Source of the DNA: an uncultured Ruminobacter sp. | GTDB taxonomy: Bacteria; Pseudomonadota; Gammaproteobacteria; Enterobacterales; Succinivibrionaceae | Reading direction: 5' to 3' (one strand) | DNA: 64,000 nucleotides | Assembly (NCBI RefSeq): GCF_902764345.1 | Contig: NZ_CACWVT010000005.1 | In this document: positions 48,682 through 63,010 of the stretch, piece after piece | How positions within the stretch are numbered: the stretch's first letter is position 1 | Layout: each line of letters opens with the position of its first letter | Translations under genes and position numbers: made by a program | The notes under the pieces: generated by a model | What the model saw: only the letters and a program-made list of their open reading frames with translations | What the model was told of the DNA's origin: nothing | Databases searched by the model: none

Positions 48682-49809
48682 ATGAACATAGACATATTCT
48701 GCAGAGTAATTGATAATTACGGGGATATCGGGGTCTGCTGGAGACTTGCCAAAGAACTTATGTTATCTGACCATTCAGTGACAATAATTTCAGATCATCT
48801 TGAAGTTTTTGCCAAGATATTCCATGAGGTGAATCCGTCAAAAAACTTCCAGATTTGCTGTTTTAATGGAAAAAATCTCAAATTATACAGATGGCAGGAT
48901 CAGATAGAAAACTACATGCCTGGTGACATGGTTATAGAAGCTTTTGCATGCAATATTCCTGAATCTTTCATTGAAAAGTTCACGGACAAGACCATATGGA
49001 TAAATCTGGAATACCTCTCTGCCGAAGACTGGATTGAAGGATGCCATAAACTGCCGTCTCTTCAGAACAGAGGTTTAAAAAAGTTCTTTTTCTTTCCTGG
49101 TTTTACCTCCGGAACAGGAGGAATAAACTTCAACAGCAATACCTTAAAGCTGGATAAGAAAGAGCTGAGACATCATGTATGCAGACAATTGGGGCTTAAT
49201 CAGACTCTTTCAGACAGATTCTGGTTTTTTATTTTCTGCTATGAAACTCCAAATATAAAAACAGTAATTGAGTGCGTACTGAAACATCACCCAGAAACCC
49301 TGCTCCTCCTTCCGGAAAGCAGAAGTACTGATTATCTTAAAAACACAGGTTTTTTTGAAGAATTAAAAAATGAATTTCCTCACGCCGTGTGTCATGAATA
49401 CCCGATGGTAGAACAGTCAGAATTCGATAAAATTCTCGGAAGCACCGATTTAAATCTTGTCAGGGGTGAAGATTCCATTTGTCAGGCCATGTTATACGGT
49501 ACTCCATTTATTTGGCATATATATGAACAGGATAATAATGCGCATCTGGAAAAGTTGGAAGCAATGCTGGACAGATTCTGTAAATTCGCAACAGATGAGA
49601 CCGCATCAGTCATCAGAAAGGCAATGGTAAAATTCAATGAGAAAATATCAAGTCAAGATATACTTTGTGCAAATTTTAATGAATTTATGCTAGAATACGA
49701 TAAAATTTGCGAGGCTGCTGAGAAGTGGTCTGATTATTTATATGCAAACAATAACCTCAGCACAAATCTTTTAAAGTTCTACTACGATTTGACTGAAAGA
49801 AAATTTTAA
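48682..49809 (+). CDS. earP: EF-P arginine-32 rhamnosyltransferase EarP
   Basis: N-terminal IDIFCRVIDNYGDIGVCWRLAKEL is the hallmark EarP (DUF2331) motif. It lies immediately upstream of an Arg32-type efp. Confidence 0.85.
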   Translation: MNIDIFCRVIDNYGDIGVCWRLAKELMLSDHSVTIISDHLEVFAKIFHEVNPSKNFQICCFNGKNLKLYRWQDQIENYMPGDMVIEAFACNIPESFIEKFTDKTIWINLEYLSAEDWIEGCHKLPSLQNRGLKKFFFFPGFTSGTGGINFNSNTLKLDKKELRHHVCRQLGLNQTLSDRFWFFIFCYETPNIKTVIECVLKHHPETLLLLPESRSTDYLKNTGFFEELKNEFPHAVCHEYPMVEQSEFDKILGSTDLNLVRGEDSICQAMLYGTPFIWHIYEQDNNAHLEKLEAMLDRFCKFATDETASVIRKAMVKFNEKISSQDILCANFNEFMLEYDKICEAAEKWSDYLYANNNLSTNLLKFYYDLTERKF

Positions 49810-49834
49810 CTTTTATCTATAAGGTAGAGAATAC

Positions 49835-50398
49835 ATGAAAACCGCACAGGAAATCCGCGCCGGCAACGTTATCATCGTAAATAACAACCCAATGGTTGTT
49901 CTTAAGTCTGAATTCAACAAGTCAGGCCGTAACGCTGCTGTTGTTAAGATGAAATTAAAGAACCTCCTCAGCGAAGGTGGTACTGAAACCGTATTTAAGG
50001 CTGATGAAAAGCTTGAAGACGTAATCCTTGAACACAAGACCTGTACCTATTCTTATTACAGTGATCCAATGTATGTATTCATGGATGAAGAATACAACCA
50101 GTATGAAATCGAAAAAGAATACTTAGGTGATGCAATCAATTACATCGTTGACGGTATGGATGACGAATGCACTGTTACTTTCTACAACGGTAAGGCAATT
50201 AGTCTTGAATTACCAATCACCATCGTAAGAGAAGTAGAATACACCGAACCATCTGTTCGCGGTGATACTTCAGGTAAGGTTACCAAGCCAGCACGTCTTG
50301 CAGGTACCGGTTATGAAATTAGCGTTGCTGATTTCGTAAAGACTGGTGATAAGATTGAAATCGATACCCGTACTAACGAATTCAAGAAGCGTGTTTAA
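49835..50398 (+). CDS. efp: Elongation factor P (EarP-type, Arg32 loop)
   Basis: [12 protein letters not shown]...[20 protein letters not shown]. The KSGRNAA loop is the rhamnosylation-type signature and is close to Pseudomonas EF-P as recalled. Confidence 0.95.
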   Translation: MKTAQEIRAGNVIIVNNNPMVVLKSEFNKSGRNAAVVKMKLKNLLSEGGTETVFKADEKLEDVILEHKTCTYSYYSDPMYVFMDEEYNQYEIEKEYLGDAINYIVDGMDDECTVTFYNGKAISLELPITIVREVEYTEPSVRGDTSGKVTKPARLAGTGYEISVADFVKTGDKIEIDTRTNEFKKRV

Positions 50399-50423
50399 TC
50401 AATAACGCACTGTTTTTAACAAA

Positions 50424-50451
50424 AAGGAACTCTGATAGAGTTCCTTTTTTT
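50424..50451 (+). terminator. Rho-independent terminator after efp
   Basis: AAGGAACTC-TGATA-GAGTTCCTT followed by TTTTT. Confidence 0.85.
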
Positions 50452-50459
50452 ATTTGATA

Positions 50460-51282
50460 AAGCATTTACTGAATTTGACATTACAATAATCCTAACAATT
50501 ATTTATACATATCATCACGCTCCACATAATTACTTTACCTTGTCTGTAACGGACATATCTTTATTAATTATCAGTATTCTCACTCATAAAAAAAATGAAT
50601 CAGTTAAACACAGCTGAAAGGTAATATTTAAAAACCGAAACATATACACCTTAAGAATACAATTTAAAAACAACCTTCATCTTCAGATCTTCACAATTAA
50701 CAACACCATAACTGTAAAGAAAACATTTTCAGAAAAAATATGTTAAAAACCGTAAAAACAAAATCAAAAAAAATCACCGTTAACACACAAAAACTCATAT
50801 ATAATAGACAACGTTATTGACATATTAGTAATCCTTCAATGTTTTAAAAATTGCCTAAAGCCATTGATTTTACTAGCTTTAGCATATACATTGCCCTATG
50901 TTGACAAACATATAATTCACAGAAATACTAACGTGTGCATGTTTATTCGGTGGATATATTATTAACATGTGAATAAATTAACATTTTTTGTTTACATATT
51001 AAATTATTCAAAATTGGACACAGCATTTAATCATGTCAAAAGATAATATTTCTTCAAAGTTAAAAATAACGGAAACCCGCATAAAATAAGGGTGGCATCC
51101 ACTTAAACACAGGATCCGAAGAAGTAAAAAGAAAAGAAAAAGAAATTGATTTAATAAAATATAGAATAAAGAGAAAAGCAAAAAAACAAAAATCTGTCTC
51201 TAAAAAATGACTAAATAATCAAAAAACATTAAAATGCAGTCAATTTTTAGAAAACCTTCAATAATAATTCAAAGAGGCCTTT
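50460..51282. other. oriC: Candidate oriC region upstream of mnmG (about 820 bp ORF-free, AT-rich, DnaA-box-like 9-mers, A-rich tract)
   Basis: One perfect box, TGTGAATAA (50968..50976, the reverse of TTATTCACA). One-mismatch boxes are TTAAACACA (50604..50612 and 51103..51111) and TAATTCACA (50913..50921). An extremely A/T-rich tract spans 51121..51240. I saw only two GATC sites. Confidence 0.4.
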
Positions 51283-53175
51283 ATGTTTTACCATGAAACT
51301 TTTGATGTAATAGTAGTAGGTGGTGGTCATGCCGGTATAGAAGCATGTACGGCAAGTGCAAGAATGGGCTTAAAAACCTTATTACTTACGCATAATCTGG
51401 AAACACTTGGACAAATGTCCTGTAATCCAGCTTTTGGTGGTTTAGGTAAAGGCCATCTGATTAAAGAAATCGACGCCTTAGGCGGCGTTACAGCACGTGC
51501 AGTAGATCTGGCAGGCATTCAATTCAGAACACTGAATTCATCAAAAGGCCCAGCAGTAAGAGCAACAAGAGCTCAGACAGACCGTGTTCTATATAAAATG
51601 GAAATGCGAAAGATTTTGGAAAACTATCCAAATCTGACCCTGTTCCAACAGCCTTGTACAGACCTATTAATGGAAGGTGATACCGTGGCAGGTGTTGTTA
51701 CCCAGGCCAATATCAAAATAAGAGGTAAAGCTGTTGTTCTTTGTAACGGTACTTTCCTTAACGGACTGATTCATATAGGATTAGAACACTACTCAGGTGG
51801 CAGAGCCGGAGATGCCGCTAGCATTGCATTGTCTCAAAGGCTTCACGAACTTAACCTTCGTATGGGCAGACTTAAAACAGGAACTCCATGCCGTATTGAT
51901 AAAAGAACAGTAAACTTTGAAAAAATGCAGAAACAGCTGCCTGACGCCGTAATTCCAGTATTTTCATATTTAAGTAAACCTGAAGATCACCCTCAGCAGG
52001 TTTGCTGCTACATAACTCATACTAATGAAAAAACACACGACATCATAAGAAAGAATTTAGACAGAAGTCCTTTGTATTCAGGTGTTATTCATAGTATCGG
52101 ACCTAGATACTGTCCATCGATCGAAGATAAAATCATGAGATACCCTGATAAGGATTCTCATCAGATCTTTATTGAACCAGAAAGTCTTTACACGAACGAA
52201 CTGTATCCTAACGGTATATCAACCAGTCTTCCTTTTGATGTTCAGGTGGATATGGTTCATTCCATGAGTGGTCTGGAAAACGCAGTACTAGTAAGACCCG
52301 CATACGCCATAGAATATGATTTCTTCGATCCTAGAGATCTGAAAGAAAATATGGAAAACAAGTGTATTAAGAATCTTTTCTTCGCAGGACAGATAAACGG
52401 TACCACAGGTTATGAAGAAGCTGCTGCTCAGGGCATGCTTGCAGGTATCAATGCAGGTTTAAGAGTACAGGAAAAAGAATCATGGTGTCCGAAAAGAGAT
52501 GAAGCATATGTCGGTGTTCTGATGGATGATCTTTGTACTCTTGGTACCAATGAACCTTACCGCATGTTTACCAGCCGTGCAGAATACAGACTCCTTCTGA
52601 GAGAAGATAATGCAGACATCAGACTTACACCGAAGGGAAGAGAATTAGGACTTGTAGACGATGTTCGCTGGAAATTCTTTGAAGATAAGCTTGATATGAT
52701 CGAAAAAGAAAAACAGCGTCTGAAAGATACCTGGATTGGACCTGGTAATGCCATTGCCAATAAATTAAACACTATTCTGAAAACTCCTATAAGCAAAGAA
52801 CAGTCTTTGTTGGAAATTTTACGCAGACCTGAAGTTACTTTTGAAAATATGATGAAAACTGCTGAGCTTGAACCTATTGCAACCAATGAGCAGGCATCAT
52901 CACAGGTTGAGATTCAGGTGAAGTATGAAGGTTATATTGATCACCAGCAGGATGAAATCGATAAGCAAAAGAAAAATGAGAATACTTATCTGCCTTTAGA
53001 CTTCGACTATAACCAAATCCCAGGATTATCTAAGGAAGTTATTTTTAAACTCAATGATTTTAAGCCTGAAACCATAGGTAAAGCTTCAAGAATTTCGGGA
53101 ATCACGCCAGCCGCAATTTCAATTCTTTTGGTTCATTTAAAGAAACTCGGATTATTGGGTATTAAGAACAGTTAG
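51283..53175 (+). CDS. mnmG: tRNA uridine 5-carboxymethylaminomethyl modification enzyme MnmG (GidA)
   Basis: [16 protein letters not shown] (FAD motif), 630 aa, followed by rsmG. Confidence 0.95.
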   Translation: MFYHETFDVIVVGGGHAGIEACTASARMGLKTLLLTHNLETLGQMSCNPAFGGLGKGHLIKEIDALGGVTARAVDLAGIQFRTLNSSKGPAVRATRAQTDRVLYKMEMRKILENYPNLTLFQQPCTDLLMEGDTVAGVVTQANIKIRGKAVVLCNGTFLNGLIHIGLEHYSGGRAGDAASIALSQRLHELNLRMGRLKTGTPCRIDKRTVNFEKMQKQLPDAVIPVFSYLSKPEDHPQQVCCYITHTNEKTHDIIRKNLDRSPLYSGVIHSIGPRYCPSIEDKIMRYPDKDSHQIFIEPESLYTNELYPNGISTSLPFDVQVDMVHSMSGLENAVLVRPAYAIEYDFFDPRDLKENMENKCIKNLFFAGQINGTTGYEEAAAQGMLAGINAGLRVQEKESWCPKRDEAYVGVLMDDLCTLGTNEPYRMFTSRAEYRLLLREDNADIRLTPKGRELGLVDDVRWKFFEDKLDMIEKEKQRLKDTWIGPGNAIANKLNTILKTPISKEQSLLEILRRPEVTFENMMKTAELEPIATNEQASSQVEIQVKYEGYIDHQQDEIDKQKKNENTYLPLDFDYNQIPGLSKEVIFKLNDFKPETIGKASRISGITPAAISILLVHLKKLGLLGIKNS

Positions 53176-53183
53176 GATTACAA

Positions 53184-53822
53184 ATGGCAAGATTAGAAGA
53201 AAAGCTGGAAAAAGGGTTAAAGCATATTAATATCGATATTCCGGCTGAACAAAAGGAATTACTGCTTAATTTCATTAAGTTGATGGATAAGTGGAATAAA
53301 ACCTATAATCTGACTTCTGTTAGAGATGTTGAGCAGATGATTGATAAGCATCTCATTGATTCTTTGGCTGTTTCCGGATTCTTAGAAGGCGTAAATTTCA
53401 TTGATGTAGGTACAGGTCCAGGGTTACCCGGAATTCCTCTTGCAATAATCAATCCTGATAAGAATTTTTATTTACTCGACAGCCAGAGCAAGAGAATCAA
53501 CTTTATTAAACAGGTAAAAAGAGAATTTAATATAAAAAATATATTTCCTATTCTTGGCAGATGTGAAAATTTTGAGAACAGTCAACCAAATCCAATTCAC
53601 TTTGATGGTATACTGAGCCGCGCTTTTGCATCTCTTAAAGACATGCTTATGCTTTGTGGAAACATGGCTGACGAGGATACTAAATTTCTGGCTCTAAAAG
53701 GTCAGGCTGATTCGACAGAATTGTCTGAAATAGACGCCAATTACAAAATAATCAGTATTAATAAATTAAACGTTCCACAAACTCTCGGTGAAAGACACTT
53801 AATCGTTATAGGGAAAAAATAA
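53184..53822 (+). CDS. rsmG: 16S rRNA (guanine527-N7)-methyltransferase RsmG (GidB)
   Basis: KWNKTYNLTSVRD...DVGTGPGLPGIPLAI SAM motif. Confidence 0.95.
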   Translation: MARLEEKLEKGLKHINIDIPAEQKELLLNFIKLMDKWNKTYNLTSVRDVEQMIDKHLIDSLAVSGFLEGVNFIDVGTGPGLPGIPLAIINPDKNFYLLDSQSKRINFIKQVKREFNIKNIFPILGRCENFENSQPNPIHFDGILSRAFASLKDMLMLCGNMADEDTKFLALKGQADSTELSEIDANYKIISINKLNVPQTLGERHLIVIGKK

Positions 53823-53825
53823 TTA

Positions 53826-54602
53826 ATGGGTAAGATAATTGCTTTTGCCAATCAAAAAGGCGGAGTTGGCAAAACCACTAGTTGCGTTAATCTTTCTGCT
53901 TCTTTAGCTACCCAGAAAAAAATCCTTCTGGTAGATTTGGATCCGCAGGGAAACGCCACAATGGCCAGTGGAATTTCCAAGTTTGACATCGAAAAGAATG
54001 TATACAACATTCTTATGGAAGGAAGCAAAGCTGAAGATGAAATACTGACAGAAACAACAGGCGGCTATCATATCATTCCAACGAACAGTGATCTTACAGC
54101 CGCAGAAGTAGGGTTAATGAATTTCTATGCAAGAGAAAGTCGTTTAAAAAAGGCTTTGGATGAAATAAAAAACAGATATGACTATATATTCATTGACTGT
54201 CCTCCTGCATTGAATCTTTTAACCGTCAATGCGTTATGTGCCGCAGATTCGATAATTGTTCCTATGCAGTGTGAATATTTTTCACTTGAAGGTTTATCAG
54301 CACTGACAGATACAATTAAACAAATAAAAGAAAACATTAATGAAAAGCTTAAAATCGAAGGTATTTTAAGAACCATGTTTGACGGCAGAGCCAGACTTGC
54401 TACAGAAGTTTCAGACGATTTAATAGAACATTTCAAAGACAAGATTTATAAAACCATAATTCCTAGAAATATAAAATTGGCTGAAGCTCCGAGTTACGGA
54501 AAGCCTGCTTTGTACTATGATAAATCATGTCTTGGTACAAAAGCTTATCTTGCTCTGGCAGGAGAGTTTCTGAATAATCAGGAAAAGAGTAATTTTAATT
54601 AA
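53826..54602 (+). CDS. parA: Chromosome partitioning ATPase ParA (Soj)
   Basis: Deviant Walker A NQKGGVGKTT with DLDPQGNAT; 258 aa. Confidence 0.95.
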   Translation: MGKIIAFANQKGGVGKTTSCVNLSASLATQKKILLVDLDPQGNATMASGISKFDIEKNVYNILMEGSKAEDEILTETTGGYHIIPTNSDLTAAEVGLMNFYARESRLKKALDEIKNRYDYIFIDCPPALNLLTVNALCAADSIIVPMQCEYFSLEGLSALTDTIKQIKENINEKLKIEGILRTMFDGRARLATEVSDDLIEHFKDKIYKTIIPRNIKLAEAPSYGKPALYYDKSCLGTKAYLALAGEFLNNQEKSNFN

Positions 54603-54624
54603 CTAACTTTAATTGGACGGACAA

Positions 54625-55494
54625 ATGGGCGGTAAACTAGGTAAGGGACTTGGCTCTTTACTTCAGAACAATAATTCCGAAACTGAATTTAAAGTAAAAG
54701 ATGTCATGCACGATAACGGTAATGAATTAAAGCAGCTTGACATCAATTTCCTGACTCGAGGTAAGTATCAGCCAAGAAAAGACATGGATCCTGAATCACT
54801 GACTGAATTGTCAGAATCAATTAAGCAGCAGGGTTTGATTCAGCCTATTATTGTGAGAAGAATAGGGGACCATGTTTATGAAATCATTGCCGGTGAAAGA
54901 AGATGGCAGGCTGCCAAATTGGCGGGGCTCAATACGGTTCCGTGTCTAGTTAAGGAACTTACCGACAGAAATGCCATGATCATTTCCCTGATAGAGAATA
55001 TTCAGAGAGAGGATTTAAATATTATTGAAGAAGCGGAAGGTTTGAATCGTCTGGTGAATGAACTCAGTCTTACTCATGAGGCTGTAGCTGATATTTTAGG
55101 AAAATCAAGATCTTCTGTTACCAATCTTCTGAGATTAAATTCTTTAGCTGAAAAAACCAAGGAACTTCTTAGATCCGGAGATCTTGAAATGGGGCATGCA
55201 AGGGCTCTTCTGTCGCTTCATGGTGAAACTCAGGAGAATACAGCTATTTCTGTTGTTCAACGTGGTTTAACCGTGAGAGAGACTGAAAAACTAGTTAAGG
55301 ATCTTCTTAATCCTAAGGAAAAGAAGGAAAAAACGATAGATGCCGGTTTTGAACAGTTGAAAAGCCGTTTTTCAGAAAGATTCTCAAATCTTAATGTTAA
55401 ATGCATTAGTTCCGGAAGCAATAAGGGGAAGTTTGTTCTGTCATACAGAAATGCTGACGAATTAGAGAAAATAAAAGCTCTCATTGGCCTATAA
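54625..55494 (+). CDS. parB: Chromosome partitioning protein ParB (Spo0J)
   Basis: MGGKLGKGLGSLL N-terminus, the ParB box with GERRWQAAKLAG (GERRxRA CTP-binding motif) and an HTH. The ATG at 54625 is preferred over the TTG at 54613. Confidence 0.95.
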   Translation: MGGKLGKGLGSLLQNNNSETEFKVKDVMHDNGNELKQLDINFLTRGKYQPRKDMDPESLTELSESIKQQGLIQPIIVRRIGDHVYEIIAGERRWQAAKLAGLNTVPCLVKELTDRNAMIISLIENIQREDLNIIEEAEGLNRLVNELSLTHEAVADILGKSRSSVTNLLRLNSLAEKTKELLRSGDLEMGHARALLSLHGETQENTAISVVQRGLTVRETEKLVKDLLNPKEKKEKTIDAGFEQLKSRFSERFSNLNVKCISSGSNKGKFVLSYRNADELEKIKALIGL

Positions 55495-55570
55495 CATTTG
55501 ATTTTTTTGATTTTTTGCACTAAATTATAGGCAGAGTGATTAGAGAAAAATCTATTTTTGGGATATATCA

Positions 55571-57342
<1,772 letters not shown>

Positions 57343-57359
57343 TACAAGGAGGTTATTTT

Positions 57360-57558
57360 ATGGAATTTATTTATATTGCAGCGGGTTTAATGTTCGGTCT
57401 TGCATCAATCGGTGCCGCTATCTAAATTCATGGAAGGTGTTGCCAGACAGCCTGACTTACTCAGCCTCTTAAGAACCCAGTTCTTTATCGTTATGGGTCT
57501 TGTTGACGCTATTCCAATGATTGCGACAGGTCTTGGTCTTTACGCAGTTGTAAAATAA
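57360..57558 (+). pseudogene. atpE: F0F1 ATP synthase subunit c, disrupted by an apparent 20-nt deletion/frameshift
   Basis: AAGGAGG RBS at 57346..57352. Frame 1 reads [21 protein letters not shown], then TAA at 57423..57425. The frame from 57424 reads [44 protein letters not shown], with its stop at 57556..57558. The canonical G-x-G-x-L-G-G stretch between the two pieces is missing. Confidence 0.8.
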
Positions 57559-57580
57559 TTAAGCCATTGAGGGGCGTATT

Positions 57581-58051
57581 ATGAACATTAATATGACGTT
57601 TGTTATACAGATGATTGCATTTGGAATATTTGTTTTTATCTGTATGCGTTTCCTGTGGCCCGAAATCTTAAAGACAATTTCCGAAAGACAGAAAGAGATT
57701 CAGGATAGTCTTGATAAAGCAAGAGAGGCTGTTCAGAAAAGTGAACTGACAGAGGTTCAGTCCAAGGAAATTATAAAGAAGGCCCATCAGCAGGCTGTTG
57801 AAATTGTCGATGCGGCAAATAAGAAGAGAGATCAGATAATTGATAAGGCGGCCGAAGAGGCTAAGCTGGAAAAAGCTTCCATCATTAAGACTGCTGAAGC
57901 TGAAATTCAGAGTGAAAAAAACAGGGTTAAGGAAGAACTCAGAAAGGAACTTTCCAATCTTGTTGTTATAGGAACTCAGAAGATTATTGAGACCAAACTG
58001 GATGCAAAATCCGAATCAGCAATGGTTGATGATGTTTTAAAGCATATCTAA
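57581..58051 (+). CDS. atpF: F0F1 ATP synthase subunit b
   Basis: A single N-terminal TM helix followed by a long charged coiled coil; 156 aa; operon position. Confidence 0.9.
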   Translation: MNINMTFVIQMIAFGIFVFICMRFLWPEILKTISERQKEIQDSLDKAREAVQKSELTEVQSKEIIKKAHQQAVEIVDAANKKRDQIIDKAAEEAKLEKASIIKTAEAEIQSEKNRVKEELRKELSNLVVIGTQKIIETKLDAKSESAMVDDVLKHI

Positions 58052-58060
58052 GGAGTTGTT

Positions 58061-58591
58061 ATGTCTGATTATGCAACAATAGCCAGACCATATGCCAGAG
58101 CAGCGTTTGATTATGCAAAAGAACACAACAGAACTGATGAATGGTTTGAATTTTTATCAATGCTTGAGCAGGTAACCACTGTTTCCTCCGTTCTGTCAGC
58201 AGGAAACAGTTATACCGATGAATACAAACTGAATTTTATAAGAACGATTCTAGAAGAACATCTCGATAAGAATCAGGAAAACTTTGTAAGACTTTTACTT
58301 GAGTACAAGCGTTTTGAAGCCGTTAAGGATATTCTTAAGCTGTATCGTGAATTGTATGATGAGTTAAAGAAGGTAGGCATTGCAGAGATTGTATCGGCCA
58401 AACAGCTTTCATCAGAGCAGCTCAATAAGATTAAAAAACGTCTTGAAGAGAAGTACGATAAGAAGTTTGAACTTGTAAATACTGTAGATTCATCAATTAT
58501 TGGCGGTTTGATTTTAAAAATCGAAAATAAAGTGATTGACGAAAGCATTAGTGGAAAACTGGGTAGATTATCCGGTTCCTTATTATCATAG
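58061..58591 (+). CDS. atpH: F0F1 ATP synthase subunit delta
   Basis: [14 protein letters not shown]-terminus, IIGGLILKI near the C-terminus; 176 aa. Confidence 0.9.
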   Translation: MSDYATIARPYARAAFDYAKEHNRTDEWFEFLSMLEQVTTVSSVLSAGNSYTDEYKLNFIRTILEEHLDKNQENFVRLLLEYKRFEAVKDILKLYRELYDELKKVGIAEIVSAKQLSSEQLNKIKKRLEEKYDKKFELVNTVDSSIIGGLILKIENKVIDESISGKLGRLSGSLLS

Positions 58592-58605
58592 AAAGGAATT
58601 TAAGT

Positions 58606-60147
58606 ATGCAACTGAATTCTATTGAAATAGCCAATCTTATAAAGGAAAGAATTGAGCATTTTGAAGTTGTTACGGAAGCCAGATCCGAAGGTACGGTTGT
58701 TTCCGTATCAGACGGTATTGTACGTATTCACGGCATAAATGATGTTATGCAGGGTGAAATGTTAGAGTTACCCGGCAATAAGTTCGGATTGGCTTTAAAT
58801 CTGGAACGTGACTGTGTAGGTGCCATTGTGATGGGTCCTTATACAGACATTAAGGAAGGCGACAAGGTAAAATGTACTGGTCGTATACTTGAAGTTCCTG
58901 TAGGTAATGGTTTACTCGGCCGTGTAGTAGATGCGCTCGGTCGTCCTATTGACGGTAAGGGGCCTGTGAAGAATGATGGTTTTTCTCCTGTTGAAGTAAT
59001 CGCTCCGGGGGTTATTGCCAGAAAATCAGTATCTCAGCCTATTCAGACCGGTTACAAGTCTGTTGATGCCATGATTCCTATCGGCAGAGGTCAGCGTGAA
59101 CTTATTATCGGTGACAGACAGGTCGGTAAGACTGCTTTGGCCATTGATACCATAATCAATCAGAAAAATTACGGCGTAAAATGTATTTATGTAGCCATTG
59201 GTCAGAAAGCCTCAACAATTGCCAATGTTGTTAGAAATCTTCAGGAACACGACGCTCTCGATAACACAATTGTTGTTGCAGCTTCAGCCTCAGACACGGC
59301 AGCCCTTCAGTACATAGCTCCTTATGCAGGCTGTGCAATGGGTGAATACTTCATGCAGCATGGTGAAGATGCACTGATCATTTACGACGATCTTTCAAAG
59401 CATGCCGTTGCGTATCGTCAGATTTCTCTGTTGCTCCGTCGTCCGCCTGGACGTGAAGCATATCCTGGTGACGTATTCTACTTACATTCACGTCTGCTCG
59501 AAAGAGCTGCGAGAATCAACGCAGAATACGTGGAAAAGATAACAAATGGCGCAGTTAAGGGTAAGACAGGTTCTCTGACAGCTCTGCCTATAATTGAAAC
59601 TCAGGCCGGCGACGTGTCTGCGTTTGTACCTACAAACGTTATTTCAATTACAGATGGTCAGATATTCTTAACCACTCAGTCATTCAATGCCGGTATCAGA
59701 CCTGCGGTTGACCCTGGTATTTCAGTGTCACGTGTTGGTGGTGCTGCACAGACTAAGCTGATAAAGAAACTGTCCGGCGGTATTCGTACTGCTTTGGCTC
59801 AGTATCGTGAATTGGCTGCGTTTTCTCAGTTCTCAAGTGATCTCGATGAAGCAACACGCAAACAGCTGAATCACGGTGAGAAGGTTACTGAACTTATGAA
59901 GCAGAAACAGTATCAGCCATTAGATGTTGCTCAACAGGCTCTGTTGCTTTTTGCTGCAGAAAGAGGATTTATTGAAGACATCGAATTGGATAAGGTTGCC
60001 TCATTTGAAACCTCTCTGCTAAGTTTTGCTCAGTCATCATACGCAGAAGACATGAAGAACATTAACGCAAATCCTGATTATAACGATGAGTTGATTCAGA
60101 AGCTTACTGATATTCTCAATAAGTTTAAGGAAACTCAGACCTTTTAA
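58606..60147 (+). CDS. atpA: F0F1 ATP synthase subunit alpha
   Basis: Walker A GDRQVGKT; 513 aa; highly conserved throughout. Confidence 0.97.
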   Translation: MQLNSIEIANLIKERIEHFEVVTEARSEGTVVSVSDGIVRIHGINDVMQGEMLELPGNKFGLALNLERDCVGAIVMGPYTDIKEGDKVKCTGRILEVPVGNGLLGRVVDALGRPIDGKGPVKNDGFSPVEVIAPGVIARKSVSQPIQTGYKSVDAMIPIGRGQRELIIGDRQVGKTALAIDTIINQKNYGVKCIYVAIGQKASTIANVVRNLQEHDALDNTIVVAASASDTAALQYIAPYAGCAMGEYFMQHGEDALIIYDDLSKHAVAYRQISLLLRRPPGREAYPGDVFYLHSRLLERAARINAEYVEKITNGAVKGKTGSLTALPIIETQAGDVSAFVPTNVISITDGQIFLTTQSFNAGIRPAVDPGISVSRVGGAAQTKLIKKLSGGIRTALAQYRELAAFSQFSSDLDEATRKQLNHGEKVTELMKQKQYQPLDVAQQALLLFAAERGFIEDIELDKVASFETSLLSFAQSSYAEDMKNINANPDYNDELIQKLTDILNKFKETQTF

Positions 60148-60173
60148 TAGGTAAACCTAACAAGGAGCTTGTA

Positions 60174-61037
60174 ATGCCAGGTGCCAAGGAAGTCAGAAGC
60201 AAAATTTTCAGTGTGAAGAACACACAGAAGATCACCAGCGCAATGCAGATGGTGGCTGCTTCAAAAATGCGTAAGGCTCAGGAGCGCATGGAGCACAGCA
60301 GACCTTATACCAGTGCAATGCTGAAATTGATAGGTCATATTGCCCGTGCTCATCTTGAGTATAAGCATCCTTATACTGTTGAAAGACCGATAAAGAACGT
60401 GGGATATATAATTGTATCCACTGACCGTGGTCTTTGTGGCGGATTAAACATAAATCTGTTTAAAAACGTACTGACTCAGATAAGTGAATATCAGTCGAAG
60501 GGTGTGGAAAGCAGCGTTGCTTTATTAGGGAGCAAGGCCTGTAACTTTTTCAGTAAGTTCGGACTTAAGACCATGGCTCATGTTTCTGGTATGGGGGATG
60601 ATCCTAAGGTTGAAAACCTGATTGGTGCCGTAAGACTGATGCTTCAGGCGTATAACAAGGGGGAAATTGACAGGCTCTGCATTGTTTACAACAAGTTTGT
60701 CAATACAATGGTTCAGACCCCGGTAATAGAACAGATAATTCCTTTAATTCCGAATGAAAACAGTTCTGTTAAGGATGATTATTGGGATTACATTTATGAA
60801 CCTGATGCAGAACAATTACTGAATACCATCTTCTCAAGATACATTGAATCAGTGGTTTATCAGGGAGTTGTGGAAAATCTTGCTTCGGAACAGGCAGCCA
60901 GAATGGTGGCAATGAAGGCAGCTACTGATAATGCTGAACGTTTGGTTGATGATTTACAGCTGGTATATAACAAGGCTAGACAGGCCGGCATCACTCAGGA
61001 ACTTACGGAAATAGTTTCCGGTGCCGCTGCTGTTTAA
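60174..61037 (+). CDS. atpG: F0F1 ATP synthase subunit gamma
   Basis: [32 protein letters not shown] and a C-terminal [15 protein letters not shown]. Confidence 0.95.
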   Translation: MPGAKEVRSKIFSVKNTQKITSAMQMVAASKMRKAQERMEHSRPYTSAMLKLIGHIARAHLEYKHPYTVERPIKNVGYIIVSTDRGLCGGLNINLFKNVLTQISEYQSKGVESSVALLGSKACNFFSKFGLKTMAHVSGMGDDPKVENLIGAVRLMLQAYNKGEIDRLCIVYNKFVNTMVQTPVIEQIIPLIPNENSSVKDDYWDYIYEPDAEQLLNTIFSRYIESVVYQGVVENLASEQAARMVAMKAATDNAERLVDDLQLVYNKARQAGITQELTEIVSGAAAV

Positions 61038-61045
61038 AAGATTAA

Positions 61046-62467
<1,422 letters not shown>

Positions 62468-62484
62468 CTGATTAAGAGGTTCAT

Positions 62485-62940
62485 ATGGCAGAGCAAAAAG
62501 AAGAAAAGAACCAGCAGGATAAGACAATACACCTACGTATCGTTAGTGCTGAAAAATATATTTTTTCGGATAACGTTGCTCAGGTTAATGTTGAAGGTGT
62601 TGAAGGTGGCATAGGCATTCATCCGGGACACAGTCCGTTACTGACCTTCATAAACTCCAGTAATGTTGTTTATGTTACTCCGTCCGGGGACAAAAGACTT
62701 GTTAACGTTTACGGAGGGGTTCTGGAAGTTCAGCCAAAGAGTGTGACCGTTCTCGTTGATACGGCAATCCGTGGTGAGGATATCGATGAATCACTGGCTC
62801 TTGAATCCAAGAGACAGGCTGAAGCCAAACTGGCTAAGGGGCCAAAGGATCAGGATTACTCAGCTGCTCTTGCCGAACTTTCTAGAGCTTTGTCCAAGCT
62901 TCATGCGGTTGAATTAACCAGAAAGTTTGGTCATCGTTAA
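62485..62940 (+). CDS. atpC: F0F1 ATP synthase subunit epsilon
   Basis: HLRIVSAEKYIFSDNV...GIHPGHSPLLT. The 151-aa length includes about 10 extra N-terminal residues. Confidence 0.9.
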   Translation: MAEQKEEKNQQDKTIHLRIVSAEKYIFSDNVAQVNVEGVEGGIGIHPGHSPLLTFINSSNVVYVTPSGDKRLVNVYGGVLEVQPKSVTVLVDTAIRGEDIDESLALESKRQAEAKLAKGPKDQDYSAALAELSRALSKLHAVELTRKFGHR

Positions 62941-62966
62941 CATTAACAAAACCTTTCAGTACAAAT

Positions 62967-63010
62967 TCCGCACGGTATGTTTCAATAAAGTACGAGTGCG
63001 GATTTTTTTT
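62967..63010 (+). terminator. Terminator after the atp operon
   Basis: TCCGCAC (62967..62973) pairs with GTGCGGA (62996..63002), followed by TTTTTTTT. Confidence 0.7.

Noticed and set aside
51121-51240. Extremely A-rich tract considered as a coding (poly-Lys) or repeat element
   Set aside because: Stops occur in all frames and there is no periodic repeat unit. It is better explained as an AT-rich unwinding or promoter region upstream of mnmG.
55254-55269. parS-like sequence TGTTCAACGTGGTTTA inside parB
   Set aside because: It matches at about 12 of 16 positions with a broken right arm, which is not convincing as a ParB nucleation site without binding data.
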